Source: Verrucomicrobiota bacterium
GTDB lineage: Bacteria > Verrucomicrobiota > Verrucomicrobiia > Limisphaerales > J093
Assembly (NCBI GenBank): GCA_012517065.1
Contig: JAAYVR010000133.1
Coordinates: 258 to 64,257 of the forward strand
Direction: 5' to 3'
DNA: 64,000 bases
Shown: in pieces, positions 1 through 8,888 of the stretch
How the letters are laid out: each line of letters opens with the position of its first letter
How positions within the stretch are numbered: position 1 is the stretch's first letter
Made by a program: the position numbers and the translations under genes
Notes under the pieces: model-generated
Seen by the model: the letters and a program-made list of their open reading frames with translations, nothing else
Told to the model about the DNA's origin: nothing
Databases searched by the model: none

Positions 1-379
1 CGCGAGGCCCAAGAAACAAAGGCGCGCCATCCACGTGTGATCTGAACTCGACGCCGTGCATGTGCACCTTGCGTATTTTGGCGAGGCTGAAAACCTGAAA
101 CCCCCCGCTGTCGGTAAGTATAGGATCTGTCCACCCCATGAACGCGTGCAGACCGCCGGCGGCTCTGATCACATCCAGCCCTGGTCGGATGGCAAGATGG
201 TAAGCGTTGCCGAGAATGACCTTGGCGCCCATCTCCCGAAGTTCCCGCGGGTCGAGAGCCTTCACTGTGGCCTGTGTTCCGACCGGCATGAAAGCCGGGG
301 TGTCCACAGGACCACGCGAGGTCATCAACCGGCCCAGGCGCGCCCGGGATTCAGAGTCTGTCCTTATGAGGTGGAACAT
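1..379 (-). CDS. tgt: Queuine tRNA-ribosyltransferase (tRNA-guanine transglycosylase), N-terminal ~126 codons; CDS continues beyond the window start
   Basis: Edge-truncated, so absent from the ORF track. My own reverse-complement translation from the ATG at 379..377 gives MFHLIRTDSESRARLGRLMTSRGPVDTPAFMPVGTQATVKALDPRE...AAGGLHAFMGWTDPILTDSGGFQVF. This is the conserved Tgt N-terminus (TPxFMPVGT, ILTDSGGFQ). Confidence 0.85.
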   Translation of the reverse strand, partial: MFHLIRTDSESRARLGRLMTSRGPVDTPAFMPVGTQATVKALDPRELREMGAKVILGNAYHLAIRPGLDVIRAAGGLHAFMGWTDPILTDSGGFQVFSLAKIRKVHMHGVEFRSHVDGAPLFLGPR

Positions 380-496
380 TGCCGCAAACGAGCCGGTTCT
401 GTTGCCGCACCCGTTCCGTGGTAGCATCGGCTGGCAGGCGGTCACAGTTTCTCCACAGCCGCAATCTGGCACAAAACCAGTTGTCCGTTTGCTAGC

Positions 497-518
497 GTGC
501 TGGCAAGCACGCCAGCAC
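497..518 (-). terminator. Weak candidate stem-loop between tsf and tgt
   Basis: 8-bp GC-rich stem GTGCTGGC (497-504) / GCCAGCAC (511-518) with a 6-nt loop, ~30 nt downstream of the tsf stop. No clear U-tract follows, so it may only be an attenuating or stabilising hairpin. Confidence 0.25.
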
Positions 519-544
519 CGGAGAATCCGAGATTCAAGACTTGA

Positions 545-1393
545 TCAGGCCCCGAAAGACTCGCCAACCTGGAACCGGACAAACCGCCTGACCTCGACTG
601 TGTCACCGAGCTGTGCGGCAACGGAGGCCATGTATTCCCTGACGGAGATTTCCGAATTGCGCTTCACGAATCCCTGTTCCAAGAGACACACGGTCTGGTA
701 AAACTTCTCGAGTTTTCCCTGGACAATCTTTTCGACGGCCTGGGGTGGCTTGTTCTTTACGAGGTCCGAGTTGGCGACGACCTCGCGTTCTCGAGCAACA
801 AGCGCCGGATCGAGTTTGTCGCGCGACACTGCCAACGGACTGGCCGCCGCAATCTGCAAGGTTATGTCCTTGACCAATTGTTTGAATTCGTCCCGAGCAA
901 CCGTTTCTTCTTTGCCGGCCCCCACTTCGACGAGCACGCCGACCTTTGCGCCCGTATGAATGTACGCCGCCACAAGGCCGTTACCAGCAACCTCAAAACG
1001 CTGCTGCCGGGCAATCTTTACGTTTTCACCGGTCTTGGCCACGATTTCGACCCGCAACGGCTCGAGATCAACAGCGGGATTCTCAGCCAACATGCGAGCC
1101 ACCTTTTCAGCAAACGCCCTGAACGTCTCGTTCTTGGCGACAAAATCCGATTCGCAGTTGATTTCAACCAGCAGACCAACCCGTGCTCCGGGCAGGATGC
1201 AGTGGGCGATGACTCCCTCCCTGGTTTCTCTGAGCGCTTTCTTTGCTGCAGTTGCCACACCGCGTTTGCGCAGTATGTCAACGGCAGCTTCCAAATCACC
1301 GTTTGCTTCGATCAACGCGTGTTTGCACTGCATCATTCCTGCGTTGGTCATTTCTCTGAGTTTGGCAATAAGAGCGGTCGTGATTTCTGGCAT
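545..1393 (-). CDS. tsf: Translation elongation factor Ts
   Basis: 282-aa ORF. The N-terminal UBA-like signature ALIAKLREMTNAGMMQCKHALIEANGDLEAAVDILRKRG is typical of EF-Ts. It lies directly downstream of rpsB, the conserved rpsB-tsf arrangement. Confidence 0.95.
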   Translation of the reverse strand: MPEITTALIAKLREMTNAGMMQCKHALIEANGDLEAAVDILRKRGVATAAKKALRETREGVIAHCILPGARVGLLVEINCESDFVAKNETFRAFAEKVARMLAENPAVDLEPLRVEIVAKTGENVKIARQQRFEVAGNGLVAAYIHTGAKVGVLVEVGAGKEETVARDEFKQLVKDITLQIAAASPLAVSRDKLDPALVAREREVVANSDLVKNKPPQAVEKIVQGKLEKFYQTVCLLEQGFVKRNSEISVREYMASVAAQLGDTVEVRRFVRFQVGESFGA

Positions 1394-1484
1394 ATCAATC
1401 CTTAACGAATTCTTCGATGTAAATTACTCTGCACTGCTTTGATGACATTCCCTTGAGGTCATGCCTTGCTGTGTCAAATATCGT

Positions 1485-2393
1485 TTAACCATTTTGCCCG
1501 GCCTGGACAGCTTGCGGTACGGCAGGTTCTGACGATTCGTGCACAGGCAGCGCGGTGGCGGGCGTCTCTTGGACGGGTTCCGGTGCGGCGGGTACTTGCG
1601 TCGCCGCAGGCGCGGCTGGCACAGCCTCCGCAGGCTGTTCCTTTGAAACAGTGGCTCCGGCAGGCGCGGGTTGCTCCTGGGCAGTTCCTTTTTTACCGTA
1701 CTTGGCTTCAAATTCGGCACGAGCCTGAGTTATTACCTGCCCAATAACGCTCAATATCAGACGCACTGACCTTATCGCGTCGTCGTTGCCGGCAATTGGG
1801 AAGTCGATAATGGTTGGGTCGGTGTTTGTGTCCACGATGGCCACAACGGGTATTTTCAGGCGACGAGCCTCGGCCACGGCGTTGTGTTCGCGGCGCACGT
1901 CAATGACAAACAAAGCGCTCGGATGACGCTCCATGTTCCGAATCCCATCAAGGTTCTTGATCAAACGAGCCAGTTCCCGGCGAAGGCGAGCGCCTTCCTG
2001 TTTTCCAAAATGATCAACAGTGCCGTCGGCGACGAGCTTTTCGATCTCGCGGAGTCTGCCCATCGAACGCTTGATCGTTTTCATGTTTGTCAGCGTTCCG
2101 CCCAGCCAGCGTTCAACCACATAAGGTTGGCCACAAGCTTTGGCAGTCTCCTTGACGGCTTCCTGGGCTTGTTTTTTGGTTCCAACGAACAAAACCTGGC
2201 CGCCTTCAATCACCTTTTCGCGGAGAAAACTGCAAGCCGTTTCAAGCTGCGTCAGTGTCTTGGTAAGGTCGATGATGTGAATGCCATTCCGGGTATCAAA
2301 AATGAACGGCTTCATCTTCGGGTTCCACCGCCTCGTTTGATGACCGAAATGAACGCCAGCTTCGAGCAACTCTTTAATGCCGATAGTAATCAC
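1485..2393 (-). CDS. rpsB: 30S ribosomal protein S2, with a ~60-aa Pro/Ala/Glu-rich C-terminal extension
   Basis: 302-aa ORF with a GTG start at 2393. It carries the S2 signature LLEAGVHFGHQTRRWNPKMKPFIF and WLGGTLTN. The tail AQEQPAPAGATVSKEQPAEAVPAAPAATQVPAAPEPVQETPA... is low complexity. Confidence 0.95.
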   Translation of the reverse strand: MITIGIKELLEAGVHFGHQTRRWNPKMKPFIFDTRNGIHIIDLTKTLTQLETACSFLREKVIEGGQVLFVGTKKQAQEAVKETAKACGQPYVVERWLGGTLTNMKTIKRSMGRLREIEKLVADGTVDHFGKQEGARLRRELARLIKNLDGIRNMERHPSALFVIDVRREHNAVAEARRLKIPVVAIVDTNTDPTIIDFPIAGNDDAIRSVRLILSVIGQVITQARAEFEAKYGKKGTAQEQPAPAGATVSKEQPAEAVPAAPAATQVPAAPEPVQETPATALPVHESSEPAVPQAVQAGQNG

Positions 2394-2608
2394 AAGTTTT
2401 CCATTGGTTAACAGCGCGTGCGGCTAACCGCCACACACGCCATCCCGCGGAACACGGGATTCAATCATGTTCAATGTTGTTGTGGCCCCCGGTGCCACCC
2501 GGACACCGGAATTATGGCCGTTCCGCACCCGCCGCCCGGCAACCGCCGGGCAAGCGGAACAGAGAGGCTAACACAGATTCGGAATCCTGCAACTCCATTT
2601 TTCCGACC

Positions 2609-3650
2609 AGCCCGCATATTTCGCGGCCCGGCGCAGCCGCAACCAAAGTTGCTCGGTAGGCAACGCCCCCGGCTCTTGCACAACCCGGACCTTCAGCCAC
2701 GCCGGGCTGCCTTGCCACAGTCAGCAATCATTCATATTTGCGAAGATTTTCACGCCACGAGTGCTCAGTTTCTCTGTATCTGCTTCTCTGGCCGTCAGTA
2801 AGGCAGTCACAATGGTACGGCCTTTGGCAGTGAGCTGGATAAGGTGACAGGCTCGCAGTTTGGGTTTTGCCCCCTGATCGCGGCATGACCCCAAATTGCC
2901 CCTTGTTCCAATCGGCGGCTGCCGCAGTCTCTGGAGGAACCCCGCGGATGCAGATATGGGGACAGGCACTTTGTTTTGTACGTCATGCCGATATGGTTCC
3001 AGGCACGTTGCTTGCGCATACGAACAAAGCGGCAGCAAGCTGCCGCACTCCAAACGCTTCGCGCCTACCAACGCCCACTGCACTCTCGGCAGCGCGTGAC
3101 AAACCAATTGGGACCAGCGCGCTTTTCCTCGCGACTCCGTCTTCAAAGAAAAGTGCTCTGATTAAGTCCCCACTGGCCTCGCCGCTGCCAGAAACTCCCA
3201 ACCACATGTAACTCTTCCGCCTAAAGGCGGGACCCGAACAGCCGCGGGGGTGGCATAGCTGTGCGCGCCGGAGACAACAACGACGGTTGGGAGCGCGGCC
3301 GTCCTCGGCCGCATCAACCCAGCCCCCCGATCTTATACCCATTTCGGTCGTCCCAATCCGGCGCCCAAACGCCCACCGGCTGGGGATGCACGAACAACGT
3401 GTCTGTCCCCATATCTGCATGCGCGGGGTTTCCACACGGACTTCAGCAACCCAGGATTAGAATAAGGGACAATTCGCGGACCACCCCGCAGTCCGAGGGC
3501 AAAACCCAAACAACGAGCCTGTCACTTTATCCGACTCACTCCCAAAAGTCGCAATGTGGTGACCGCATTAATGACTGCCAGAGAAGGAGATACGGAGAAA
3601 TTGACCGAAGTCGCCGCCTGAAAACTTTCGCGAATATGAAGTACTGTTCA
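2609..3650. repeat. Mosaic island of dispersed repeat modules (V, W, X, Y, Z modules; see findings)
   Basis: Hand alignment shows that sub-segments recur elsewhere. 2609-2725 matches 24017-24135 and the reverse complement of 47328-47442 and 56395-56512. 2945-3115 matches the reverse complement of 24640-24815, and 47170-47300 and 56235-56365. 3255-3440 is the reverse complement of 46912-47060 and 55976-56120. 2715-2850 and the reverse complement of 3490-3650 match 46680-46850. The hairpin core GCGGCAGCAAGCTGCCGC is at 3029-3046. Confidence 0.85.
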
Positions 3651-3717
3651 ATATAGTGATATACCCTGAGCAGTCTGCGAAACGGGTGTCTTCAGGAAAT
3701 CAAGGAATATGCGGGCT
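3650..3717. repeat. 'CCCGCATATT' hairpin element, degenerate copy
   Basis: The interior ACCCTGAGCAGTCTGCGAAACGGGTGTCTTCA..AATATGCGGGCT matches 45572-45643 and the reverse complement of 46592-46660. The left arm is degenerate. Confidence 0.7.
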
Positions 3718-3942
3718 CCGGAAATCTCGCGGGAATCAAGTCTTTGCGTGTCTTGAGCCGGTCAGGCGGTGAGGTTTCCGGGCTGATAACGAAAAAATTT
3801 TCAACTAAATCGTAAGAATTGGGCATCAAATCGCGAATACATAATATGAGAGCAGTGCTTTTGTCCGCAACGGCTTTGGGGACAAGCCCGCAGCGGCTGG
3901 CAGTCGGCTAATGGCCGGCTGCCCTGCCCACAAGCGAAACGG

Positions 3943-3975
3943 AGGACCGGCGCGGTCGTCGGCGGCGCCGGTCCT
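3943..3975 (-). terminator. Strong GC hairpin downstream of the 4028-6811 gene (possibly bidirectional)
   Basis: Perfect 11-bp stem AGGACCGGCGC (3943-3953) / GCGCCGGTCCT (3965-3975) with an 11-nt loop, ~50 nt after the stop of the minus-strand gene. On the minus strand it is followed by CCGTTTCGCTT, a weak U-tract. Confidence 0.45.
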
Positions 3976-4027
3976 GCCATTTCGAGGCAGGCCCGGGAAT
4001 CTCACCGGTTCATCGACACAGACTAAA

Positions 4028-6811
4028 CTACGTGCCTGACACCGGTTGCTCGCTCAGCACTGTTCCGATCTGCAACGGCCCAAGTTCAAAGGTAACAGTC
4101 TCGCCTTCGGTTCCCAAATACCCGCCCCAGCCGACGCGGATGTCCCGGACACGTTTCAAATCCAAAACGCCGTCGCCGGGTTTTGACCATCCCGCACGCT
4201 GGAACTGGTAGATAGGGACGATCGAGCGTTGGTTGCCGGAAGAACCGAGTGACCGGCCGGTGTTTGCGATGTAATCTTCGCCACCGTCCTCACCAAGAAT
4301 AACAAGCAATTGCGTGGGCGTTTTCTGACCCTCCGGCACCCGTGAATCAATGACCAAGCAATCAGCCGCGGACAGATCGTGCATGTTAGTCTGCTGCAGG
4401 TTGACGAACAGAAAAGTATCAACGTTGCTCTTCTGTATCTTGCCAGTCGCTTGAAAAGCAAGGAGTTCGCCGGGCGCTCCAACAACGTCGGGCTTCAGAC
4501 CAGCGGACACGAATTCGCCCTTGATCAGGCTGGCAGTCCCCGGAGGCAGCGGACGCAGCAAGAGGTTGGGGATTTGACCGGACTTGGCCGGTAGCCGGCG
4601 AGGCACACGCGCCGAGCTGAATCTTGCAAATGCGGCTCCGTATGGTTCGAGTTTCAACGCAAAACCGGCGGCCTTGACCCCCGCGGTTTTGCCTCCGGTT
4701 GCAGGGTCCAAAAGTTCGCCCGTGCCCTCTGCTGAGACACTGACTTCGCCTGACCACGGCCGTGGGCTGTCGTTGATGATGAACCACACGTGGCTGTCAT
4801 TCACGTGCCGGTGAGTGACGCGAATCGGCGATGAACCGGGCACAACTCGAATGTCCGGTTCCAGAAGCCCGTTCAAGACCAGGGGCAAGAGACTCTCAGA
4901 ACCAACCGGCAGGAATACGCCTCCGCCGCCTGCGGGGTTTGCTGTGACGCTTTGTTGTTCTCCCGGATCGCCAAACAGCTCACGGGCCATGCGTTGGACC
5001 GCAGCCGATGGAAACTCGTTTTCGCTGTTGGCCGGCAAATCCCCAAGCGCGACCACCACCCCGCCCATGCGCACAAAACGGCCAAGTTTGTCCCACGCTG
5101 CCATCGGGAGTGTGTCCACGCCCGGCAGTATCACCACGTTCCAGCGCAATTTGCCGTGGACGAGACAATCCTGTTCGATTTGTGCTTCGGCCAGAGCGCG
5201 CGAATCAACCACAGCGAAATCTCGCTGGTGAACAAAAAGGCTTTCAATAGTCGCCCGGTAAATGCTCTCGATTCGACTGGCCCGGGGCGCCTCGTTTGCC
5301 CAGTGCCGAGCAGGAGTGAACTTTGTCCACAAGCTTTCGGCCGGGTAAAGCACTGCGATCTGCGCGACCTGATGTCCGCCGCGCAGGGTTCCACAACATC
5401 GCCCAACCCAGTCGTTGATGCGCTGTAATTGGTCGTCTGTGAGGTCGGTGAAGCTGTAATAGCTGGTGATGCAATTCACACCGGCAACGATCTGCCGATT
5501 GCACGTGCCGCGAATCTCGCTTTCGTTGACGATTCGTTTTGGGCGAGAATCGCCAGGGGATCGCCAAACCTGGCCGTGATCCGAAGTTTCGCTCATCACG
5601 AGGTCGCGTCCTTCCAGTTCGGCTGCGCTGGCCACCAGCCGCGCGATGAACCACGGCACTTCACCGGGCAGGCTGGTCAGGCAATCGATGCTCGGTGCGT
5701 CCAGCCTTCGTACGCATCTGAAGAAGTCGCCGTACAACGGCACGTGTGCAACAATGCTTTCTTCCATGAGCAGGTGGCCCCCGGACGGGATGTTGTGTTG
5801 CCGGCACCACGTCTGGATTTGGCCGAAGAAATTCTCCGAAATCAGCTCGCCAACAGTGAGCCAGAAATCATAACGGTGCTTTTGTGTCAAAGGACCGGCA
5901 TCGACGAACAAGGCCGGAATCACGGTGATGTCCAGCGCGTATCCACGCCGTTTCTGGAACTCGATCGGCAAGTTCGGCGCCCACGGCAACGGGCGGTACG
6001 GCATTGGCTTCAGAAAGCAGCTCATCAGTGAAGGTTCGTCAGTGAACGTCGCCATGAACCATCGGCCAAGGTCCGAGCCCAGTTTGTCAGCGTACCGCTG
6101 GTGTGTGACCTGAACGAATCGCGTGGTGGGTTCGGGCATGAGCAGGTTGATGTACGGCATTTTCTGCCAGAGGTTTCCGTCGGCGTGCGTCCCTTCATAC
6201 AGCCGGTCCTCGGTTACGACCATTGCCAGCCACCGGCCCTGAGGGGCCTGCCATTGGAGTCGGCCGTCCCTGATTTGCGCGGACAAATCTTTTTGCGTTT
6301 CAGGGTCGATCCGCCCGTCACGAACCTGGAAACCCGCGGCCAGGAGCACCTTTCCTGGCGGAACTGCGAAATCAACCATGCCGGTTTCAGTCTCATGGTG
6401 CATTTCGAGAAGGCCGCGGGCTTCCCACTCGGGATGGTCGCGCAAGACAAGACCGCCTGCGTTGCCTGAAGGGTAGCCGCGCTCGTCGTACAGCCAGAGC
6501 GCCAATCCGGATTCCCTTGCGCGTTTCACAGCGCGCACGAAAGCCTGCCATTTGGGTTCGCTTTCGAGGTATTGGTCGAAAGACACGTTGCAAACAACGC
6601 CGCCGAAACCCTGTTGCTGGAGGCGGGCGATGAGCTGGTCCTGCGCCTCGTGGCTGTCAGGCCAACTGTGAATGATTTTCAAAATCCGGGTTTCAGATGC
6701 TGGATTGGCGAAATCGAATGCCTCGCCGGTTTGGGGATGCGCTCCGGGCAAAAGCCAAACGAGCGCGGACCACACCGCCAAGTGTACAATGAGCTTTTTC
6801 ACGGCCGACAC
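4028..6811 (-). CDS. Large secreted protein, putative glycoside hydrolase (family not assignable by eye)
   Basis: 927-aa ORF with a GTG start at 6811 and an N-terminal signal-like segment VKKLIVHLAVWSALVWLLPGAHPQ. The region GFGGVVCNV...LALWLYDERGYPSGNAGG resembles TIM-barrel glycosidases commonly annotated simply as glycosyl hydrolase in Bacteroidota and PVC genomes. Coding is well supported by length; the product call is tentative. Confidence 0.75.
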   Translation of the reverse strand: MSAVKKLIVHLAVWSALVWLLPGAHPQTGEAFDFANPASETRILKIIHSWPDSHEAQDQLIARLQQQGFGGVVCNVSFDQYLESEPKWQAFVRAVKRARESGLALWLYDERGYPSGNAGGLVLRDHPEWEARGLLEMHHETETGMVDFAVPPGKVLLAAGFQVRDGRIDPETQKDLSAQIRDGRLQWQAPQGRWLAMVVTEDRLYEGTHADGNLWQKMPYINLLMPEPTTRFVQVTHQRYADKLGSDLGRWFMATFTDEPSLMSCFLKPMPYRPLPWAPNLPIEFQKRRGYALDITVIPALFVDAGPLTQKHRYDFWLTVGELISENFFGQIQTWCRQHNIPSGGHLLMEESIVAHVPLYGDFFRCVRRLDAPSIDCLTSLPGEVPWFIARLVASAAELEGRDLVMSETSDHGQVWRSPGDSRPKRIVNESEIRGTCNRQIVAGVNCITSYYSFTDLTDDQLQRINDWVGRCCGTLRGGHQVAQIAVLYPAESLWTKFTPARHWANEAPRASRIESIYRATIESLFVHQRDFAVVDSRALAEAQIEQDCLVHGKLRWNVVILPGVDTLPMAAWDKLGRFVRMGGVVVALGDLPANSENEFPSAAVQRMARELFGDPGEQQSVTANPAGGGGVFLPVGSESLLPLVLNGLLEPDIRVVPGSSPIRVTHRHVNDSHVWFIINDSPRPWSGEVSVSAEGTGELLDPATGGKTAGVKAAGFALKLEPYGAAFARFSSARVPRRLPAKSGQIPNLLLRPLPPGTASLIKGEFVSAGLKPDVVGAPGELLAFQATGKIQKSNVDTFLFVNLQQTNMHDLSAADCLVIDSRVPEGQKTPTQLLVILGEDGGEDYIANTGRSLGSSGNQRSIVPIYQFQRAGWSKPGDGVLDLKRVRDIRVGWGGYLGTEGETVTFELGPLQIGTVLSEQPVSGT

Positions 6812-7268
6812 TCAAAGCCAGTTTGTCAATTCAGTCAATTTTTTCGGGGGGGTGAGGCTTCCTCGTGCACACTCTGGTGCGCGGTAATGCACCAAACGAA
6901 GACGCAACGCCCAAATAGAGGGACAGGCTCGTTATTCTGTCTTGCATGCTTTCATGGGCGACAGGGCGCGATGTCCCTGGCGCGTTGTTAGGAGCGCGGC
7001 CATTCTTGGCGGCACCCAACCGGTGTATGTTCGGGCGCCAGCTTTACGTGATCGAAACGGGTCGGACGACCGGTCATCGGGCCGACGCGGTCGAGGACAG
7101 CCACGCTCGCTGCATGTCAGAGATGTTCCGACTTCATGCGGGCGGCTTACATGTGGTTTGCAGAGCACATCGGCGCATCCGGTGTGCGTCAAATTGGCAC
7201 GCACGGAAAGCCAGATTGAAGGCATGGCTGTATCTGGCGGGCCGTGAGATTTCCGAGTTGGGAGTTGT

Positions 7269-8720
7269 TCAGCGTTTTCGTTTTGATTTGTAATAGGGAT
7301 CTAGCGGATAGCACCCGCTGATTTCGCCTTTGCGCGGGGCGGTTGTGCACATGCTGAACGTGCGGCAAATCTGTTTCGAGTTCATCGATCCTTTCTTCAG
7401 GGCGTCAGAAAGCATAGTTGGGTAGGCGAGAATGGCCCTGCCTAGCCCCACGATATCGGTCCAACCCTTGCGCAGCACGGCTTGCGCGACGTGTGGCAGG
7501 TAATCTTGAAGATACGTGTAGGCAGACCCGATCAACACCATTCCCGGCGGCGCCTGAGTTTTGAGCTGCCGTGTCACGTGAATGTGTCTGGCCACGCCGA
7601 CCAGCGGGTCTTCGGGCGGTTGATAAGCGTCAGATGGCGGAAAGAGTGCAGGTCGTTGTACGTGCGGGTTGTAATAGGGCGATCCGCCGGTGACGTTTAG
7701 CATCTTTATTCCGAGTTCCCCACATAGTTTCAGGAAAGCAAAACTCTCTGTCAGATCAGGCTCGACCGGGTTCGCATGGTTGATGGCGAACCCGTATTTG
7801 TATGGCAAGCACGATTGAAAATCATCCGGGACACCCGGGCCGGGGCGTCCGGAGGCGTCTTGGGGCGGGTCCGGGTGGTAGGGCACCGTGTCGAACGCGC
7901 TCAACCGCACGGCAAGATCAATTCTCACCCCTGCGGCGCGAATTCCGGCAACTATTTCACGCAGTGGCCGTGAGCGGTTTTCGAAGCTGCCGCCGTACCG
8001 GCCCGGGCGCGTGTGTGCTGCGAGTATTTCGTGCAAGAGATAACCGTGGCAGTGCTTAAGGTCCACAAAATCTGCCCCGACATCCGAGGCTATTCGAGCA
8101 GCGCGGACGAAGTCCTCGATGATCGCCTGAATGTCGGGGTCGCGCAGAATCTGGGAGTCATCGGTCACGCCTGTCCGATGGTCAAGCAACGGATGCCGGA
8201 AAGCGACTTGGGGTTCCGGCCGCCGGTTGTCATTGGGACGGCAAAAACGCCCCGAGTGTGTGAGTTGAAATCCTACGACGAGGTCTTCATCGGTACCGTG
8301 GAGCTCTCGATGAGCTTTGCGCACTATGGTGACCAATTCAGCAAGACTTTTCTTGTTGGCGTCATTGATTACGAGCTGGCGCGGGTTGGCGCGGGCGTCC
8401 ATGCGAACCGCCATTGCTTCACCACCGAAAATCAGTTTCGCTCCGCTTTCGCCAAACCTGCGCCATCGGCGCCGTGTATCGTCTGTTGGTGCGCCTGTGG
8501 GCGTGCCGTCCCATCCTTCCATTGGTTGTGTGGCCCACCTGTTTCCAATCCTTCTTCCGTTGATCAGGACATTGGCGACCGGTTGTGCAAGAGGCGACGC
8601 TGTTTCTGTGAGGATCGAATCGTCTGCGGGCAGGTCGAGACCAAGTGCGGCAGCATGTTCGCGGAAAACCTCGATGGACTTGAAGGAATTGATCTGTGGA
8701 TATGGGCGCGTTGCACTCAT
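7269..8720 (-). CDS. NADH:flavin oxidoreductase, Old Yellow Enzyme (OYE)-like TIM-barrel family
   Basis: 483-aa ORF with motifs typical of OYE/NADH oxidase family proteins: QPMEGWDGT, FQLTHSGRF, and ADFVDLKHCHGYLLHEIL (the H-x-x-Y-L active-site region). Confidence 0.8.
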   Translation of the reverse strand: MSATRPYPQINSFKSIEVFREHAAALGLDLPADDSILTETASPLAQPVANVLINGRRIGNRWATQPMEGWDGTPTGAPTDDTRRRWRRFGESGAKLIFGGEAMAVRMDARANPRQLVINDANKKSLAELVTIVRKAHRELHGTDEDLVVGFQLTHSGRFCRPNDNRRPEPQVAFRHPLLDHRTGVTDDSQILRDPDIQAIIEDFVRAARIASDVGADFVDLKHCHGYLLHEILAAHTRPGRYGGSFENRSRPLREIVAGIRAAGVRIDLAVRLSAFDTVPYHPDPPQDASGRPGPGVPDDFQSCLPYKYGFAINHANPVEPDLTESFAFLKLCGELGIKMLNVTGGSPYYNPHVQRPALFPPSDAYQPPEDPLVGVARHIHVTRQLKTQAPPGMVLIGSAYTYLQDYLPHVAQAVLRKGWTDIVGLGRAILAYPTMLSDALKKGSMNSKQICRTFSMCTTAPRKGEISGCYPLDPYYKSKRKR

Positions 8721-8761
8721 TGGCCGAGTTTACCAAGGCTCAGCGCAGCCGCAACTGCCAG

Positions 8762-8826
8762 CCCGGAAATGTTACCGGAATGAAGCTTTGGGTTTCTTGG
8801 TCTGGCAAGGCGGTTAGATTTCCGGG
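8762..8826. repeat. 65-bp REP-like hairpin element (arms CCCGGAAATnTnACCGG / CCGGTnAGATTTCCGGG)
   Basis: The arms are CCCGGAAATGTTACCGG (8762-8778) and CGGTTAGATTTCCGGG (8811-8826). The loop AATGAAGCTTTGGGTTTCTTGGTCTGGCAAGG is the reverse complement of the loops at 11153-11184 and 46544-46575. Confidence 0.8.
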
Positions 8827-8888
8827 CCAATGGCGGCGGGGTTGGTCCACGCCTTGCGCGGTGTCGTCACCGCGGCGTGTCAAAGGGA

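Noticed and set aside
3205-3250. tRNA-like strings (CCGCCTAAAGGCGGGACCCGAAC; also at 24215-24255 and 24428-24460) resembling a T-arm or acceptor end.
   Set aside because: Only a single short stem-loop is present, with no full cloverleaf, no anticodon arm and no GTTCGAATC-type T-loop. The segments are copies of repeat module Z. I found no tRNA, rRNA or tmRNA in the window.
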